Shown here: one piece after another, positions 1 to 10,913 of the stretch | Layout of the letters: every line of letters begins with the position of its first letter | Numbering within the stretch: the first letter of the stretch is position 1 | Source of the DNA: Nitrospirota bacterium | Lineage (GTDB): Bacteria > Nitrospirota > UBA9217 | Length of the DNA stretch: 64,000 nt | Assembly (NCBI GenBank): GCA_963737155.1 | Contig: CAVTRN010000001.1 | Location: 192,001 to 256,000 of the forward strand | Reading direction: 5' to 3' | Notes under the pieces: model-generated | The model's input: the letters and a program-made list of their open reading frames with translations, nothing else | Told to the model about the DNA's origin: nothing | Databases searched by the model: none | Translations under genes and position numbers: made by a program

Positions 1-521
1 GGCACGGCCAAGGCAAGCACCGGTATCAGTGGATCAACACCAAGAATCTGGGCGACAGTAATCTTCCCGGGAAAAACCGCAGTTTTCTTGACAAATCCAG
101 TCCATGCTGGGTAGATTTCAGCATACAGGCCGCTGCCGCAAATGAGGCCGGCAAAAGCCGTCAAACTCAGAACACTGCCGGCCCCCATTTTATAGAGCGT
201 TCCCACAACGCAACCTCCGGCCAGGACCATGCCGATGCCGAATAGACCGCCTCCAACCAGGTTTGCCGCAGTCGGAGGGTATAGGAGCGGGAAGGGGTAC
301 ACCGACAGGAGACCAATGCGGCGCGCCGCTTCAAACAGCACAATGCTTGACACAACAAGGAGCATGAGCGACTTGAGCATAACCGTCCGCTTAAAAAGAA
401 ACAGGTCCCGCCACATACCGGCTATACAGAAGTCCGATCGATGCATGACGAACCCGGCGGCAAGTCCGAGCAGGAGGGAGATTATCCCTATTAAGACAAA
501 AGGGCGTACAAACAAAGACAT
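1..521 (-). CDS. YeeE/YedE family sulfur-compound (thiosulfate-type) transporter, runs off the window edge
   Basis: Manual translation (not in ORF track): MSLFVRPF...HRSDFCIAG...GGGLFGIGMVLAGGCVVGTLYK, with the YeeE RxxFC and GGxxFGxGMxLAGGC motifs; GAGAGG RBS upstream; frame open to base 1. Confidence 0.85.
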   Translation of the reverse strand, partial: MSLFVRPFVLIGIISLLLGLAAGFVMHRSDFCIAGMWRDLFLFKRTVMLKSLMLLVVSSIVLFEAARRIGLLSVYPFPLLYPPTAANLVGGGLFGIGMVLAGGCVVGTLYKMGAGSVLSLTAFAGLICGSGLYAEIYPAWTGFVKKTAVFPGKITVAQILGVDPLIPVLALAV

Positions 522-930
522 AGCGATTGCCTCTCATCATTAGCGTCTCAACGTTTGCACTTCAAACTGTCTGTTAAATTTCCCAAAAATCTCAGCGAAA
601 AAGGCCTTCCTCCCCTCCTCTGTTCTTCGGTGCTATTCTTATCGGAAAAAGACGATAATAACTTTAACTGAATGATCGCCAATCGGAATCATGATTATAA
701 TATGAATCAGTCGAATCAGCCGCATCATTAGTCTTGCTATATAATAGAGTGTAGATATTTTGTGTGAATGAACACCCCATGACAGGAGTTTAAGCCACGG
801 GAGACCGTATCGAACGAAGAGACTATCAAGCACGGGAATGGAATTACACTTGGCGTCCGCTTTCCGGGGGAAGGATTGACTAATCCGTCGTTCAAGAAAC
901 GCTACACTCAAGAAGGAAGTTAGAGGAAAG

Positions 931-2109
931 ATGGAACAAAACACCGCCAAATCTATTGCTCAAGATATAATGTCTGATTTTGCCAAATTGACCGGACTAT
1001 TATCGGCCAGGGAAGTTCCTCGGCGCTACCTATGGACTGATTCTTTTGCCGTCTGCAACTTCGTCGAGCTGTATCGTCAAACGGGTGATAATCAATATAG
1101 GCGGCTCGCTCTGCACCTCGTCGATCAGGTTCACAACGTACTCGGACGACACCGTGACGATGATCCGAGAACTGGCTGGATAAGCGATCTCGATGAGCAG
1201 GAGGGCAAAATGCACCCCACAAGAGGCGGGCTCAGAATCGGGAAGGAAATCAACGAACGCAGACCCGATGATCCTTATAATGTACGGCTGGAATGGGATC
1301 GAGACGGACAGTACTATCATTACCTGACAAAATGGATGCATGCTCTCAATCGTGTAAGCCGGGTCACGGGAGATGCAATCTACAATAGATGGGCGATCGA
1401 GCTTGCAAAATCGGTCCATACCAAGTTTACCTACGTTCCGTCATCCGGTGGTCAGAAACGCATGTACTGGAAAATGAGCATAGACCTCTCATATCCACTT
1501 GTGACATCGATGGGGCAACACGATGCTCTCGACGGGTTCATCACATACCTCCAACTTCAAGCGACTGCGGCAAAAGATACTAAAAAATCCACAGGCCTTG
1601 ACCTCAGCTCGGAGATTACAGACATGGCCAATATTTGTCATGGAAAAAGTTGGGCAACAAACGATCCCCTGGGTATTGGCGAACTCTTGAGTACTGCATA
1701 CAAACTTGCACAATTGATAATCCTCGACAAAGCTTTTGAACAAGCCGATCTTTTGGACCTTATATTGGCTTCTTCCCTGACTGGATTGCAAGCCTATGCG
1801 AGAGAAAACCCCTTGAAGCTTCCGGCAAATTACCGGCTGGCATTTCGGGAGTTGGGATTGTCCATTGGATTACATGCAGTCGAGAAGCTGTTAGGATTGA
1901 TTGAGCAAATCCCGCGCAATTTCAACATGAAACATCGGCTGCATTCGCGGACTGATAGCCTGATGCAGTATGCACCTCTTCGTAATAGTATCGAGGCTTA
2001 TTGGCTTGAATCCACGAACAGAGAAGCAAGCGATTGGATGTCACATCGTGATATCAACATGGTAATGCTTGCAACCAGTCTGGCGCCTGACGGGTATCTC
2101 TTGCTTTAA
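931..2109 (+). CDS. Conserved hypothetical protein, possibly (alpha/alpha)6-barrel-like
   Basis: 392-aa ORF with AGAGGA RBS; conserved-looking blocks RRYLWTDSFAVCNF, DGQYYHYLTKWMHAL, YRLAFRELGL, HRDINMVMLAT; function not assignable. Confidence 0.75.
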   Translation: MEQNTAKSIAQDIMSDFAKLTGLLSAREVPRRYLWTDSFAVCNFVELYRQTGDNQYRRLALHLVDQVHNVLGRHRDDDPRTGWISDLDEQEGKMHPTRGGLRIGKEINERRPDDPYNVRLEWDRDGQYYHYLTKWMHALNRVSRVTGDAIYNRWAIELAKSVHTKFTYVPSSGGQKRMYWKMSIDLSYPLVTSMGQHDALDGFITYLQLQATAAKDTKKSTGLDLSSEITDMANICHGKSWATNDPLGIGELLSTAYKLAQLIILDKAFEQADLLDLILASSLTGLQAYARENPLKLPANYRLAFRELGLSIGLHAVEKLLGLIEQIPRNFNMKHRLHSRTDSLMQYAPLRNSIEAYWLESTNREASDWMSHRDINMVMLATSLAPDGYLLL

Positions 2110-2404
2110 TAAATCAGTCGAAGCCGCGGTATCCTGGCTTCAACCCTTTTATCATCCAAGCCGTATAACCCCGTCTGTTCAGGTCGGGGATATGAGGCGC
2201 TGGTTGCGAAGCACCAGATAAGTACCGTCCATCTTGTCCACTTTTAGTCATGGCGGGATTTGCACCTGCAAGCATGTACGTTCCTACGCCGGCGCGCTCA
2301 AGAGAAAAGCCTCTCCTCTTGTCCGCAAATAGTATTGAATTGTCATTTTGTTTCTGATAGAGTTAAACGCGCTATTAAACTTCAACTATCGGGAGGTAAA
2401 GATT

Positions 2405-3640
2405 ATGAAAAAAATTGCGGTTGTTCTCCTTATGATGTGTTTGATGGTAACTCAGGCGGTGGCGGCAGATACGATCAAGATAGCGATTACCGGTCCCTTC
2501 ACAGGAGGGTCGGCACCCATGGGCGCATCCATGCGTGACGGTGCAAAGCTGGCCATCGCCGAGATCAATGCGGCCGGCGGCGTGCTGGTTGGCGACAAGA
2601 AGATGAAGTTCGAGGTCATTGAGCGTGACGACGAGGCCAAGAACGAACGGGGAGCGCTGATTGCCCAGGAGCTGGCATCAATGAGCGACTTGTCCGGGGT
2701 TATCGGCTCGGTGAACACCGGGGTGGTTATGGCCGGGGACAGACACCTGCAGGAGAAAGGGATCACCAAAATCATTACCCCTGCTGCCGGATCGTCGTCC
2801 ATGACGCAGTGGAGCAAGGCGGGCGTAAAGGACCTTTCGATCTTCCGATTCGCCGCTCATGATGGGATCCAGTCGGCCATGGTGGTGGAAGAGGCTATCA
2901 ACAGGAAGTTCACGAAAGTGGCGATCCTGCACGACTCCACGAACTATGGCGTGTCGGGGCGGGATGACCTGCTGAACCAGATCAAGATCCAGGGAAACAA
3001 GCTTGCGGTCGTTGCTGTCGAGAAGTTCAACATCGGTGACAAGGACATGACCGCGCAGCTCGTGAAGGCGAAATCAGGCGGGGCCGAGGCAATCCTTATT
3101 TGGGGCATCGGTCCGGAACTGGCAGCGGTCGCGAATGGCATGGCGAAGCTGGGCATGAATGAACCGCTTATCGGCGGTTGGACGCTCTCCATGTCCAACT
3201 ATATCGACAACGCCGGCAAGAACGGTGATGGTACGCTGATGCCGCAGACTTTTATCGAGGAGCCGGTCACGCCGCAGGCGAAGAAGTTCATCAAAGCATA
3301 CCACAAGGCATACAACGTCACAAGGATCCCGTCCCCGGTTTCTGCCGCCCAGGGATATGATGCGGTCTATATCTTTGCTGCTGCCGTAAAGCAGGCGAAG
3401 AGCACAGACACACACAAGATCAAGGAAGCCCTGGAGGACCTGAAGGATCCGGTCTACGGCGTCATCGCCACTTGGTACAAGCCCTTTAGCAAGTGGGACC
3501 CTGCGAACGAGGACACGCATGAGGCCTTCCGCCGTGCACAGGTCATGATGGGCATGGTTAAGGACGGCAGAGTGGTGTTCGCCAACGACTCTGACCGGCA
3601 GCGGTTGATCAAGGACGCAACGGTCCGGAAAGGCGAGTAA
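2405..3640 (+). CDS. Branched-chain amino acid-type ABC transporter substrate-binding protein (LivK/LivJ-like)
   Basis: Signal peptide MKKIAVVLL..AVAA; GPFTGGSAPMG and QGYDAVY motifs; GGAGGT RBS; first gene of a liv-like operon. Confidence 0.9.
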   Translation: MKKIAVVLLMMCLMVTQAVAADTIKIAITGPFTGGSAPMGASMRDGAKLAIAEINAAGGVLVGDKKMKFEVIERDDEAKNERGALIAQELASMSDLSGVIGSVNTGVVMAGDRHLQEKGITKIITPAAGSSSMTQWSKAGVKDLSIFRFAAHDGIQSAMVVEEAINRKFTKVAILHDSTNYGVSGRDDLLNQIKIQGNKLAVVAVEKFNIGDKDMTAQLVKAKSGGAEAILIWGIGPELAAVANGMAKLGMNEPLIGGWTLSMSNYIDNAGKNGDGTLMPQTFIEEPVTPQAKKFIKAYHKAYNVTRIPSPVSAAQGYDAVYIFAAAVKQAKSTDTHKIKEALEDLKDPVYGVIATWYKPFSKWDPANEDTHEAFRRAQVMMGMVKDGRVVFANDSDRQRLIKDATVRKGE

Positions 3641-3676
3641 GATGCCGTTCTCTTCATCCTCTGTGGAGAACCGTTC

Positions 3677-4555
3677 ATGAACGTTGCTATCGTTGGGCAG
3701 CTGGCCGTTAGCGGGGCACTGATGGGCCTCGTCTATGCCTTGATAGCCTATGGTTTCCAGCTCACCTATGCAACGAGCAAGAGCATTAATTTCGGCCAGG
3801 GCGAAATGGTTATGGTCTGCGCTTTTTTCAGTCTTACCTTGACCAACTTGGGACTGCCCTACTGGCTCATGGTCCCCGGGGGTCTGCTCTTCGGCGTGTT
3901 CCTCGGCCTGTTCGTGGAGCGAGCCGCGGTTCGCCTTGCTCTGGAACAGAAGAGCGAGGGGTGGATCCTGCTGACCATCATCCTGGGCCTGTTCTTCTTC
4001 TCGGCGGCGGAGAACATCTGGGGCCGCGACGATCGGCCCTTCCCGACGCCCATCCCATCAGAAGCATTACACATATTCGGCATCAGCATCACTCCCCTCG
4101 AAATCTCCGTGGCTGTGGGCGTCTTCGCCATTATGGGGCTGATCGAGCTGTTCAAGCGCACAACCTTGCTCGGCAAGGCATTCGAAGCAGTCTCGGTGGA
4201 TCGCGACGCTGCAGAGCTGATGGGCATCTCCGCCACACGTACGGTCATGTTGTCGTACGGTCTGTCCGGTTTGTCCGCGTCAGTTGCCGGCATCCTAGTC
4301 TCTCCCATAACGACTGTTGGCCCAACCATGGCGTCGGTCCTGGTGTTAAAGGCTTTCTCGGTGGCAGTCGTCGCCGGGCTAGATTCCGGCTTCGGGGTGG
4401 TTCTGGTGGGTTTATTCCTTGGCTCCCTCGAAAGCCTCACGAGCTTCTACATCGGGAGCGGCTGGCGTGAAGCGCCTGGCTTGGCGCTCCTCATCCTTGC
4501 TCTTGCCGTTCGGCCCACGGGCGTGTTCGGCAAAGCCGTTATTCGGAAAGTGTGA
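3677..4555 (+). CDS. livH: BCAA ABC transporter permease
   Basis: Hydrophobic ORF; YALIAYGFQL..INFGQGE, DRDAAELMGI and LAVRPTGVFG motifs. Confidence 0.9.
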   Translation: MNVAIVGQLAVSGALMGLVYALIAYGFQLTYATSKSINFGQGEMVMVCAFFSLTLTNLGLPYWLMVPGGLLFGVFLGLFVERAAVRLALEQKSEGWILLTIILGLFFFSAAENIWGRDDRPFPTPIPSEALHIFGISITPLEISVAVGVFAIMGLIELFKRTTLLGKAFEAVSVDRDAAELMGISATRTVMLSYGLSGLSASVAGILVSPITTVGPTMASVLVLKAFSVAVVAGLDSGFGVVLVGLFLGSLESLTSFYIGSGWREAPGLALLILALAVRPTGVFGKAVIRKV

Positions 4556-4562
4556 CACATCG

Positions 4563-6482
4563 ATGGTGAAACGTGTATTGCTGATCTACGGGGCCGAAAT
4601 CCTGGCTCTGCTCCTGCTTGCAGCAGTCCCGCTGCTCGTGAAAAATCCTTTTGCCCTGGGCTTGCTCACGCTCCTGGCGATCTACGGCATTCTGCTGATC
4701 GGCCTCGATGTGACCGTGGGGTACTTGGGGCAGATAAACCTGGCTCAAGCGGCCTTTCTTGGGCTCGGCGCGTACACGGCGGGTCTAGCGGTCACTTATT
4801 TCCATTTCGGCATGTTCAGTGCCCTTGTCGCGAGCTTCATGATCGGACTCGTGTTCGGAGGACTGCTTGCGTTCCCCGCGCTCCGGCTGGAAGGTCCACA
4901 GTTCGCATTGGCGACGCTCAGCTTTTCCGCGCTTGTCGCGACCAGCCTGAACGAATGGGAATCGGTAACCAATGGAGCCCAGGGACTGAGCCTCATACGG
5001 CCCCCGGTGTTCGGCGTCAGTCTCTCCGCACAGGATTTCTACTGGCTCTGCCTGGCTGTATTGGCACTTGTCTGGATGGCCATGCAAAATTTGCTTACTT
5101 CGCAATGGGGACGGGCCTTTGAAGCGCTTCGTGACAGCCCCATCGCCACCGATGCCATGGGCATCGGCACTTACCGGCACAAGGCCGCGGCCTTTGCCTT
5201 CGGCTCCGCACTGGGAGGACTTGCCGGCGGGCTCTACGCGTTCAATTTTCAGTATCTTCAGCCTCAGAGCTTTGTCTATGAATTGATGGTTATCCTGTTG
5301 CTCGGCGTCGTGCTCGGAGGCAGGAAGAGCCTCTGGGGCGCTATTGTTGGTGCTACGCTCATCGTCCTGCTCCCTAATCTCCTATCGAACCGCCTCTTGT
5401 TCCAGGTCTTCTCCTTTGCCGGCCTCTTCATCGCGGTGGCGGCAGGCGGCCGTGCCTATCGTCGCAATACGGCGAGGCCATTCCAGGTCCTCGCACCAAT
5501 CATCGCGATGGGTATGCTCGTTCTGGTCGCGATCTTTGTCCAGAACATCGAGGACCTGCGCAAGGCCATTTTCGCCTTGATGCTTTTTTCCGTGGTCGTC
5601 GGGCTTCCCGAGGGGCTCATGGGCTTTGCCGCCCGGTTCCTGTCAAAGCTCTTTCGAATTGCTCCCGCTTCTCTTGCCGGGGCTGCTCCGCTAGACAGCG
5701 TGTTGACGAAAAGAGAGTGCGATGAAAGCACGCTGCTTGAACTGCGGGAACTGAAGAGGAACTTCGGCGGCGTGCGTGCAGTGGACGGTGTCTCAATGAT
5801 CGTTCGCTGTGGGCAGACACACGGTCTGATCGGACCGAACGGATCGGGCAAAAGCACGCTCGTAAATGTCATCTCCGGCCTGTATGCTCCGAGCAGCGGG
5901 ACAATCCTCCTCAAGAGCGCGAAGCTACCGACGGGAAGCCTCTACCGCGCGGCGCAGAAGGGAATCTCGCGGACCTTCCAGAACCTGCAGATCTTTGCGG
6001 AACTGAGCGCGCTCGACAACGTCATGGTGGCCATGAAGGACACCTACCATAAGGGTCTCGCATTGGTGTTACTCGGTTTCGGACGTCACGAGGAACGGTG
6101 CGCCCAGTCCAGTGCCCTGGCATTGCTGAAACTGGTCGGGCTCCTCGATGAGGCCCGGACGCCTGCCAAGGACCTTCCCTACGGCGCCCAGCGGTTCCTC
6201 GAGATCGCCCGAGCACTGGCGCGCAACCCCGACCTGCTGATCCTGGACGAGCCTGCCGCAGGGCTTGCCCATCCCGACGTCAAGAAACTGGTGGAGATCA
6301 TCCGGAACATTCACCACATCGGCATCACTACCATCCTGATCGACCATCATATGGAAGTCGTTGGCGAGCTCTGCGATGTCGTGACGGTGCTGGACGGCGG
6401 TCAGGTGATCGCAGAGGGGAAACCCGAGGACGTGAAGCGGAATCCCAAGGTAATCGCAGCGTACATCGGGACGACTGCGTGA
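4563..6482 (+). CDS. Fused BCAA ABC permease / ATP-binding protein (LivM-LivG fusion)
   Basis: N-terminal LivM-like TM region (GYLGQINLAQAAF); C-terminal Walker A GPNGSGKST, RTFQNL and LILDEPAAG. Confidence 0.88.
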   Translation: MVKRVLLIYGAEILALLLLAAVPLLVKNPFALGLLTLLAIYGILLIGLDVTVGYLGQINLAQAAFLGLGAYTAGLAVTYFHFGMFSALVASFMIGLVFGGLLAFPALRLEGPQFALATLSFSALVATSLNEWESVTNGAQGLSLIRPPVFGVSLSAQDFYWLCLAVLALVWMAMQNLLTSQWGRAFEALRDSPIATDAMGIGTYRHKAAAFAFGSALGGLAGGLYAFNFQYLQPQSFVYELMVILLLGVVLGGRKSLWGAIVGATLIVLLPNLLSNRLLFQVFSFAGLFIAVAAGGRAYRRNTARPFQVLAPIIAMGMLVLVAIFVQNIEDLRKAIFALMLFSVVVGLPEGLMGFAARFLSKLFRIAPASLAGAAPLDSVLTKRECDESTLLELRELKRNFGGVRAVDGVSMIVRCGQTHGLIGPNGSGKSTLVNVISGLYAPSSGTILLKSAKLPTGSLYRAAQKGISRTFQNLQIFAELSALDNVMVAMKDTYHKGLALVLLGFGRHEERCAQSSALALLKLVGLLDEARTPAKDLPYGAQRFLEIARALARNPDLLILDEPAAGLAHPDVKKLVEIIRNIHHIGITTILIDHHMEVVGELCDVVTVLDGGQVIAEGKPEDVKRNPKVIAAYIGTTA

Positions 6483-6629
6483 GGTTCAAGACAGAAGGCA
6501 GGAAAATGGGCGCTTAGGAAGGTAAGCATAAGCATCAAAATCGGCTTCTGCTGGGAATCTTCGCTTCCCCTGCTCCTCTGCAAGTGGACGTCTTTTGTGT
6601 TCGGCTTTACTGGACAGGAAAAAAATCTT

Positions 6630-7346
6630 ATGCTTATAGTCGACAACGTTTATGCCGGATACGGCGCCAGTGAAGTACTGGTCGGCACCTCACTCGAGGT
6701 TAAGAAAGGGACACTCGTCGCCCTGATAGGTCCGAATGGGGCGGGAAAGACCACGACCATGCGCACGATCTCAGGGATTATAAAGCCGACAAAAGGCAGT
6801 GTCCTGCTCGACACGAAGCCGGTGCATGGCATGGACGCGTTCCACATCGCCAGGCTCGGTCTTGCCCATGTGCCCGAGGGAAGACGCGTGTTCGGTCCTC
6901 TATCCGTTGAGGACAATCTATTACTGGGTGCCTATCGATGGCTGCCCGTGCTCTTTGGCTTTCACAAGAAGGCAAAGACTGATCTGGAGCGGATATACGA
7001 GATGTTTCCCCGGCTTCGGGAACGTAAGCGGCAGGCAGCAGGCACACTGTCGGGCGGGGAGCAGCAGATGCTTGCCATCGGTCGCGCGCTCATGGCCAAT
7101 CCCAAGGTCATATTGATGGATGAGCCATCAATGGGGCTTGCACCGGTGATCGTGGAGGAGGTCTTTGCCACAATCCGACGTCTGAAGGAGAGCGGGACCC
7201 CCCTGCTGCTCGTGGAGCAAATGCCCAACAAGGCATTGGAAGTGGCGGACTACGTCTACGTAATGGAGCACGGCAGGATTGTGGTCCAAGGTAAACCAGA
7301 TGCGCTCCGTAAAGAAGAGCGAGTCATTGCGGCATATCTGGGTTAA
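6630..7346 (+). CDS. livF: BCAA ABC transporter ATP-binding protein
   Basis: GPNGAGKTT, HVPEGRRVF, LSGGEQQML and MDEPSMGLAP motifs. Confidence 0.92.
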   Translation: MLIVDNVYAGYGASEVLVGTSLEVKKGTLVALIGPNGAGKTTTMRTISGIIKPTKGSVLLDTKPVHGMDAFHIARLGLAHVPEGRRVFGPLSVEDNLLLGAYRWLPVLFGFHKKAKTDLERIYEMFPRLRERKRQAAGTLSGGEQQMLAIGRALMANPKVILMDEPSMGLAPVIVEEVFATIRRLKESGTPLLLVEQMPNKALEVADYVYVMEHGRIVVQGKPDALRKEERVIAAYLG

Positions 7347-7697
7347 TAGGCAGAGATCTTTTGGGTACTTTTTATTCCTAAAACAATTGATACGATGGTT
7401 TCATTCAAAATCAAAAGTGCTTCAATTTTTCATCAACCCATGGGGGAGAATTCAAACCGCTCCCGCTCCGCAGTTACCACAACTTTTGATAATATATTGA
7501 TTTTTAAATACTGATTCAATTTTCAGCTACCGAATTTGATCCATATGCTTATCACTTCTCGATTTTCTTTGAGAAGTAATCCGGAATTCCTTTAATTTTA
7601 ATATATGAACTAAGTACTTCCCGAATTGTGCAAATCCTACAGACTTCGGGAAGGAGAATTGACTGTTAACTTCGAACGAAATACTGGCATCAAGAAG

Positions 7698-8750
7698 TTA
7701 TTTTGCGTTATCGATATCTGGCGTGCTTAACGAGAGGGTGTTGCCCCCGCTGGAGCTAACTGCGGGGAACCACTTTTTCAGTTCCACTTTTTCCCATGTC
7801 TTATCAGGGTTATATGTTTTCATAGCCTTTGCTATCCCTACTGTCTTTGGCCCAAGGTCCTTTTCATATACAACACCCTGTTGGTTAACCGTGAAAGTCA
7901 TAATCCCCGAAACGCCGTACTGTGCAGGATATGCCACCAAGCCGAAACCTCTTACCATTTTGCCATTGACTACATAATCAATTTTACCACCGGGGGCATT
8001 GCGGCCCTGACTTTTCAGGATCCTGAAATAATATCCGTGGTAAGGTGTGGGCTTTTCTCCTTTCCTAAATGTGTATCCTTCTTCAGATGCACGGGCGATT
8101 AGTGGCCCCAGAGGGCTACTTTCCTTTCCAGGAGCAGTTTCCCAGTACAGGCCATCCTTTTTGTCCTTATGGCTCAGAAAGTGTTGCGCATATTGTGGTA
8201 CGGCGTTCCCATTGCGTTCCTTACTACCATACTCGCGCTGAGCAACCACATAAGTGAGTGAAACCTGAATAGTATTCAATTCGTTTCTGCCTATTCTCCG
8301 ATTTATGATCTCTTCCTTACCATCTCGTGTAGAAAAAATCCAATCCTGTCCTGACTTCACAATGGGGATCGGGAAGCACCATCCGTCTTTTCCGATATAA
8401 ACTAGTATTGTCTTGTCGTCAAATTTTGAAAACTTAACTCCCTCTGCCACGGTTTTAGCGAAACGATGACGTGCCTGCGTATCGGCAATGGCATCGCCAG
8501 AGGATATGATATCCTTGCTCTCTGGCCCGAAAATAGCCAACAATGCTTTGGTGTCATCGTTCTTGTCTGCCTCCAAGAGCGCATTGAATGCGTCTTGCGG
8601 AGACTTGAACTCTCTTTGTTTTATATCCTGGGCAGAAACACGAAAACCAAAAGTCGTTACTACAATTACGACCATCAACGCTGCTAAATCACGACAAAAG
8701 AAATGGGTTTTTGCTTTTGATTGACTGCTGAACATCATTCTTTCCTCCAT
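7698..8750 (-). CDS. DUF2950 family exported protein
   Basis: FPIPIVK, RRIGRNEL, PYHGYYFRIL, GFGLVAYPAQYGVSGIMTF and YNPDKTW motifs; N-terminal hydrophobic segment. Confidence 0.85.
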   Translation of the reverse strand: MEERMMFSSQSKAKTHFFCRDLAALMVVIVVTTFGFRVSAQDIKQREFKSPQDAFNALLEADKNDDTKALLAIFGPESKDIISSGDAIADTQARHRFAKTVAEGVKFSKFDDKTILVYIGKDGWCFPIPIVKSGQDWIFSTRDGKEEIINRRIGRNELNTIQVSLTYVVAQREYGSKERNGNAVPQYAQHFLSHKDKKDGLYWETAPGKESSPLGPLIARASEEGYTFRKGEKPTPYHGYYFRILKSQGRNAPGGKIDYVVNGKMVRGFGLVAYPAQYGVSGIMTFTVNQQGVVYEKDLGPKTVGIAKAMKTYNPDKTWEKVELKKWFPAVSSSGGNTLSLSTPDIDNAK

Positions 8751-8831
8751 AAATCAACAACACTATAATATTTCATTCACGTGTTTACCATCCGAGAGAT
8801 GACAACGGGTAGCCGAGGGGACTACCTAGTC

Positions 8832-9872
8832 TCATCTAGAACGCCCACCACCGCCATGGTATCCACCACCGCCGCCACCCCCACGGGGAACTCCTCCACC
8901 GCCACGGGTGCCCCCCCCACCGACAGATGTTCTAGCGGGGATTTGACCAGCTCGGGTGCGGCTTTGGAACCCACGGTCGCTCGCGGCCCGCTCAATCTGG
9001 CTGTTATTGGCGCGCTCAAAAGCATTTGAGCGAGTTTCAGCAGGAGGTCCTGACACACCGTAGCCCCGGAATTGTCCAATTGCCTGTGCACCTCTCTGGG
9101 CAGAAGGACTGGACCTTTGCATTCCTCTCGTTTCAGCAAAAGTTCCACCACTCACTCTGTTTGCGGGATCTAGGCGCGCCATCCGACCAGTTGCGGGATC
9201 GCGAAAATGATTGCTGATGAATCCTCTGTGCCCATGCCAATACACGCCATGGTCAAAGTCTACGAGAACAAAAAAACCCGGGAACCAGAAATCCGACCAC
9301 CAAAAAGGATAAGGAACCCAAGTATAAAGATATGCATAATCAGGAGGTGGAGAGTAGTACGTCACAATGGGGGGACCTTCAGTGTCGTAATAATTATTTA
9401 GATCGCCGGCATCAGGGTAATTCGTGCCGGGGCCGGGTTCCGCACCCGCCACCTGGTCATCTGCAGGCCTTACAGGCACATTATTTCCATTTATGACCCC
9501 CTGAAAAGCCGCCATTACCGCATCTTTCCCCCCAAATAGCTTGCCGGCAGTGGCCGCTTCACTGACTGAAGCTTGTACCTCATCTATAACATCGGGCGTA
9601 ACCGGATAATCGGCGATCCACCCATTCCGGGGCATTACTCCGATGGAAGTCAATGTACTCTCGGCCTCGGTTTCCCCCATCCCGGTGCCAAGTTTAAGTG
9701 CTTCCGTGAGCGCAACTGCAAAATCTCCTTCACGCATAAGTGGCTGTGCAATAGGCGGGATTGCGGCGGCCGTCGTCTGGTATACCTGTGCAAATGCTGC
9801 TGCAGGAATCAAGAGCAACAGGCCTAGGATGAAAATTAACCCACTGAACAGTGATCTACTTCTCATAGACAT
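8832..9872 (-). CDS. Secreted hypothetical protein with Pro/Trp-rich middle and Gly/Arg-rich tail
   Basis: Signal peptide ending AAAFA; YSPPPDYAYLYTWVPYPFWW; C-terminus GGGGTRGGGG..GGRSR. Confidence 0.75.
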   Translation of the reverse strand: MSMRSRSLFSGLIFILGLLLLIPAAAFAQVYQTTAAAIPPIAQPLMREGDFAVALTEALKLGTGMGETEAESTLTSIGVMPRNGWIADYPVTPDVIDEVQASVSEAATAGKLFGGKDAVMAAFQGVINGNNVPVRPADDQVAGAEPGPGTNYPDAGDLNNYYDTEGPPIVTYYSPPPDYAYLYTWVPYPFWWSDFWFPGFFVLVDFDHGVYWHGHRGFISNHFRDPATGRMARLDPANRVSGGTFAETRGMQRSSPSAQRGAQAIGQFRGYGVSGPPAETRSNAFERANNSQIERAASDRGFQSRTRAGQIPARTSVGGGGTRGGGGVPRGGGGGGGYHGGGGRSR

Positions 9873-10529
9873 TCTCCTTCCCCATCTGAGCCTACTTATA
9901 TTTTATCAAATAAAATATCATCACTACTAGCTTAGACACGGTATTTTACTTTTGGTGTAAATAGAAGAAAGTCTCTGAGTACCCATGGCGACTATGGGAA
10001 ACCTCCGGAAAATGAGTATGAGTAACATCAGCCGCCCTATTTTACAAATCAGATACTTCCGGAACTTAGTATGTGAAGAACCAAAATATAGCATTGAGAG
10101 AACAGAATAAACCAGCAGTTACGGTAGAAAGCCTCACATAATCAGTCAGTTAGTCCATACCATGTGAAAGCAGCCCTGCATCGCCATTTTGGGGGTTCCC
10201 ACACTAACGCTGAAGCGACATCATAATAAAGCCTGACAGATATGAGCGCGATGATATACGCACGCAGTATGAGGAGCAGACCAGTAACGAAATGCCGAAC
10301 GTCTGCGTACTTGCGGTTTGGCCGTGCGTAACTCTTTAAGATGTTCCAGGTATTATCCGTTACGTTGTCGCCTTCAATATGTGAAACAAATAGGCCTTTT
10401 TATTTTTTCATTTGAAATTTTGAATCGGACAGGAGTGATGAAGTCGGCAGGCACGTTCCATCATGATCTATGACATGAGTACAATGCCTGCCGATTTTTC
10501 GATGCGCGTCGGATACATAAAAAACCTTT

Positions 10530-10730
10530 TTATGCCTTTTTTTCCTCTTTTTGGTCAATCAACTTGGATTCCTCTTTTAGATCATCTTTTTCGTTCATGG
10601 CTTTCTTAAATGACCTTATACTTTTTCCCAATCCTTCCCCAATTTCAGGCAATTTCCCCGGGCCGAATATAATTAATACAATAAAAAGTATTAGGAGCAA
10701 GTGCATCGGTCGAAAAAGTCCTTCAAACAT
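10530..10730 (-). CDS. tatA: Twin-arginine translocase TatA/TatE
   Basis: MFEGLFRPMHLLLILFIVLIIFGPGKLPEIGEGLGKSIRSFKKA; AGGAGG RBS. Confidence 0.92.
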   Translation of the reverse strand: MFEGLFRPMHLLLILFIVLIIFGPGKLPEIGEGLGKSIRSFKKAMNEKDDLKEESKLIDQKEEKKA

Positions 10731-10913
10731 AAAACACCTCCTAGAAATAAGATTCCAGCAGCCCAACAACTTGATGCTGGCATGTCTGTTTATAGCGAGC
10801 GCTGAACATCGAGTTTATATCGTGTTTATTGTCAAAACAAGTCCTTTTTGGGAACAGGCCCCATTGCCCAGCCGCTATAGAGACAGCAAGTTTGCGGTAT
10901 GACTTACTTACTT

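Noticed and set aside
229-543. Plus-strand 104-aa ORF
   Set aside because: Shadow of the minus-strand YeeE gene
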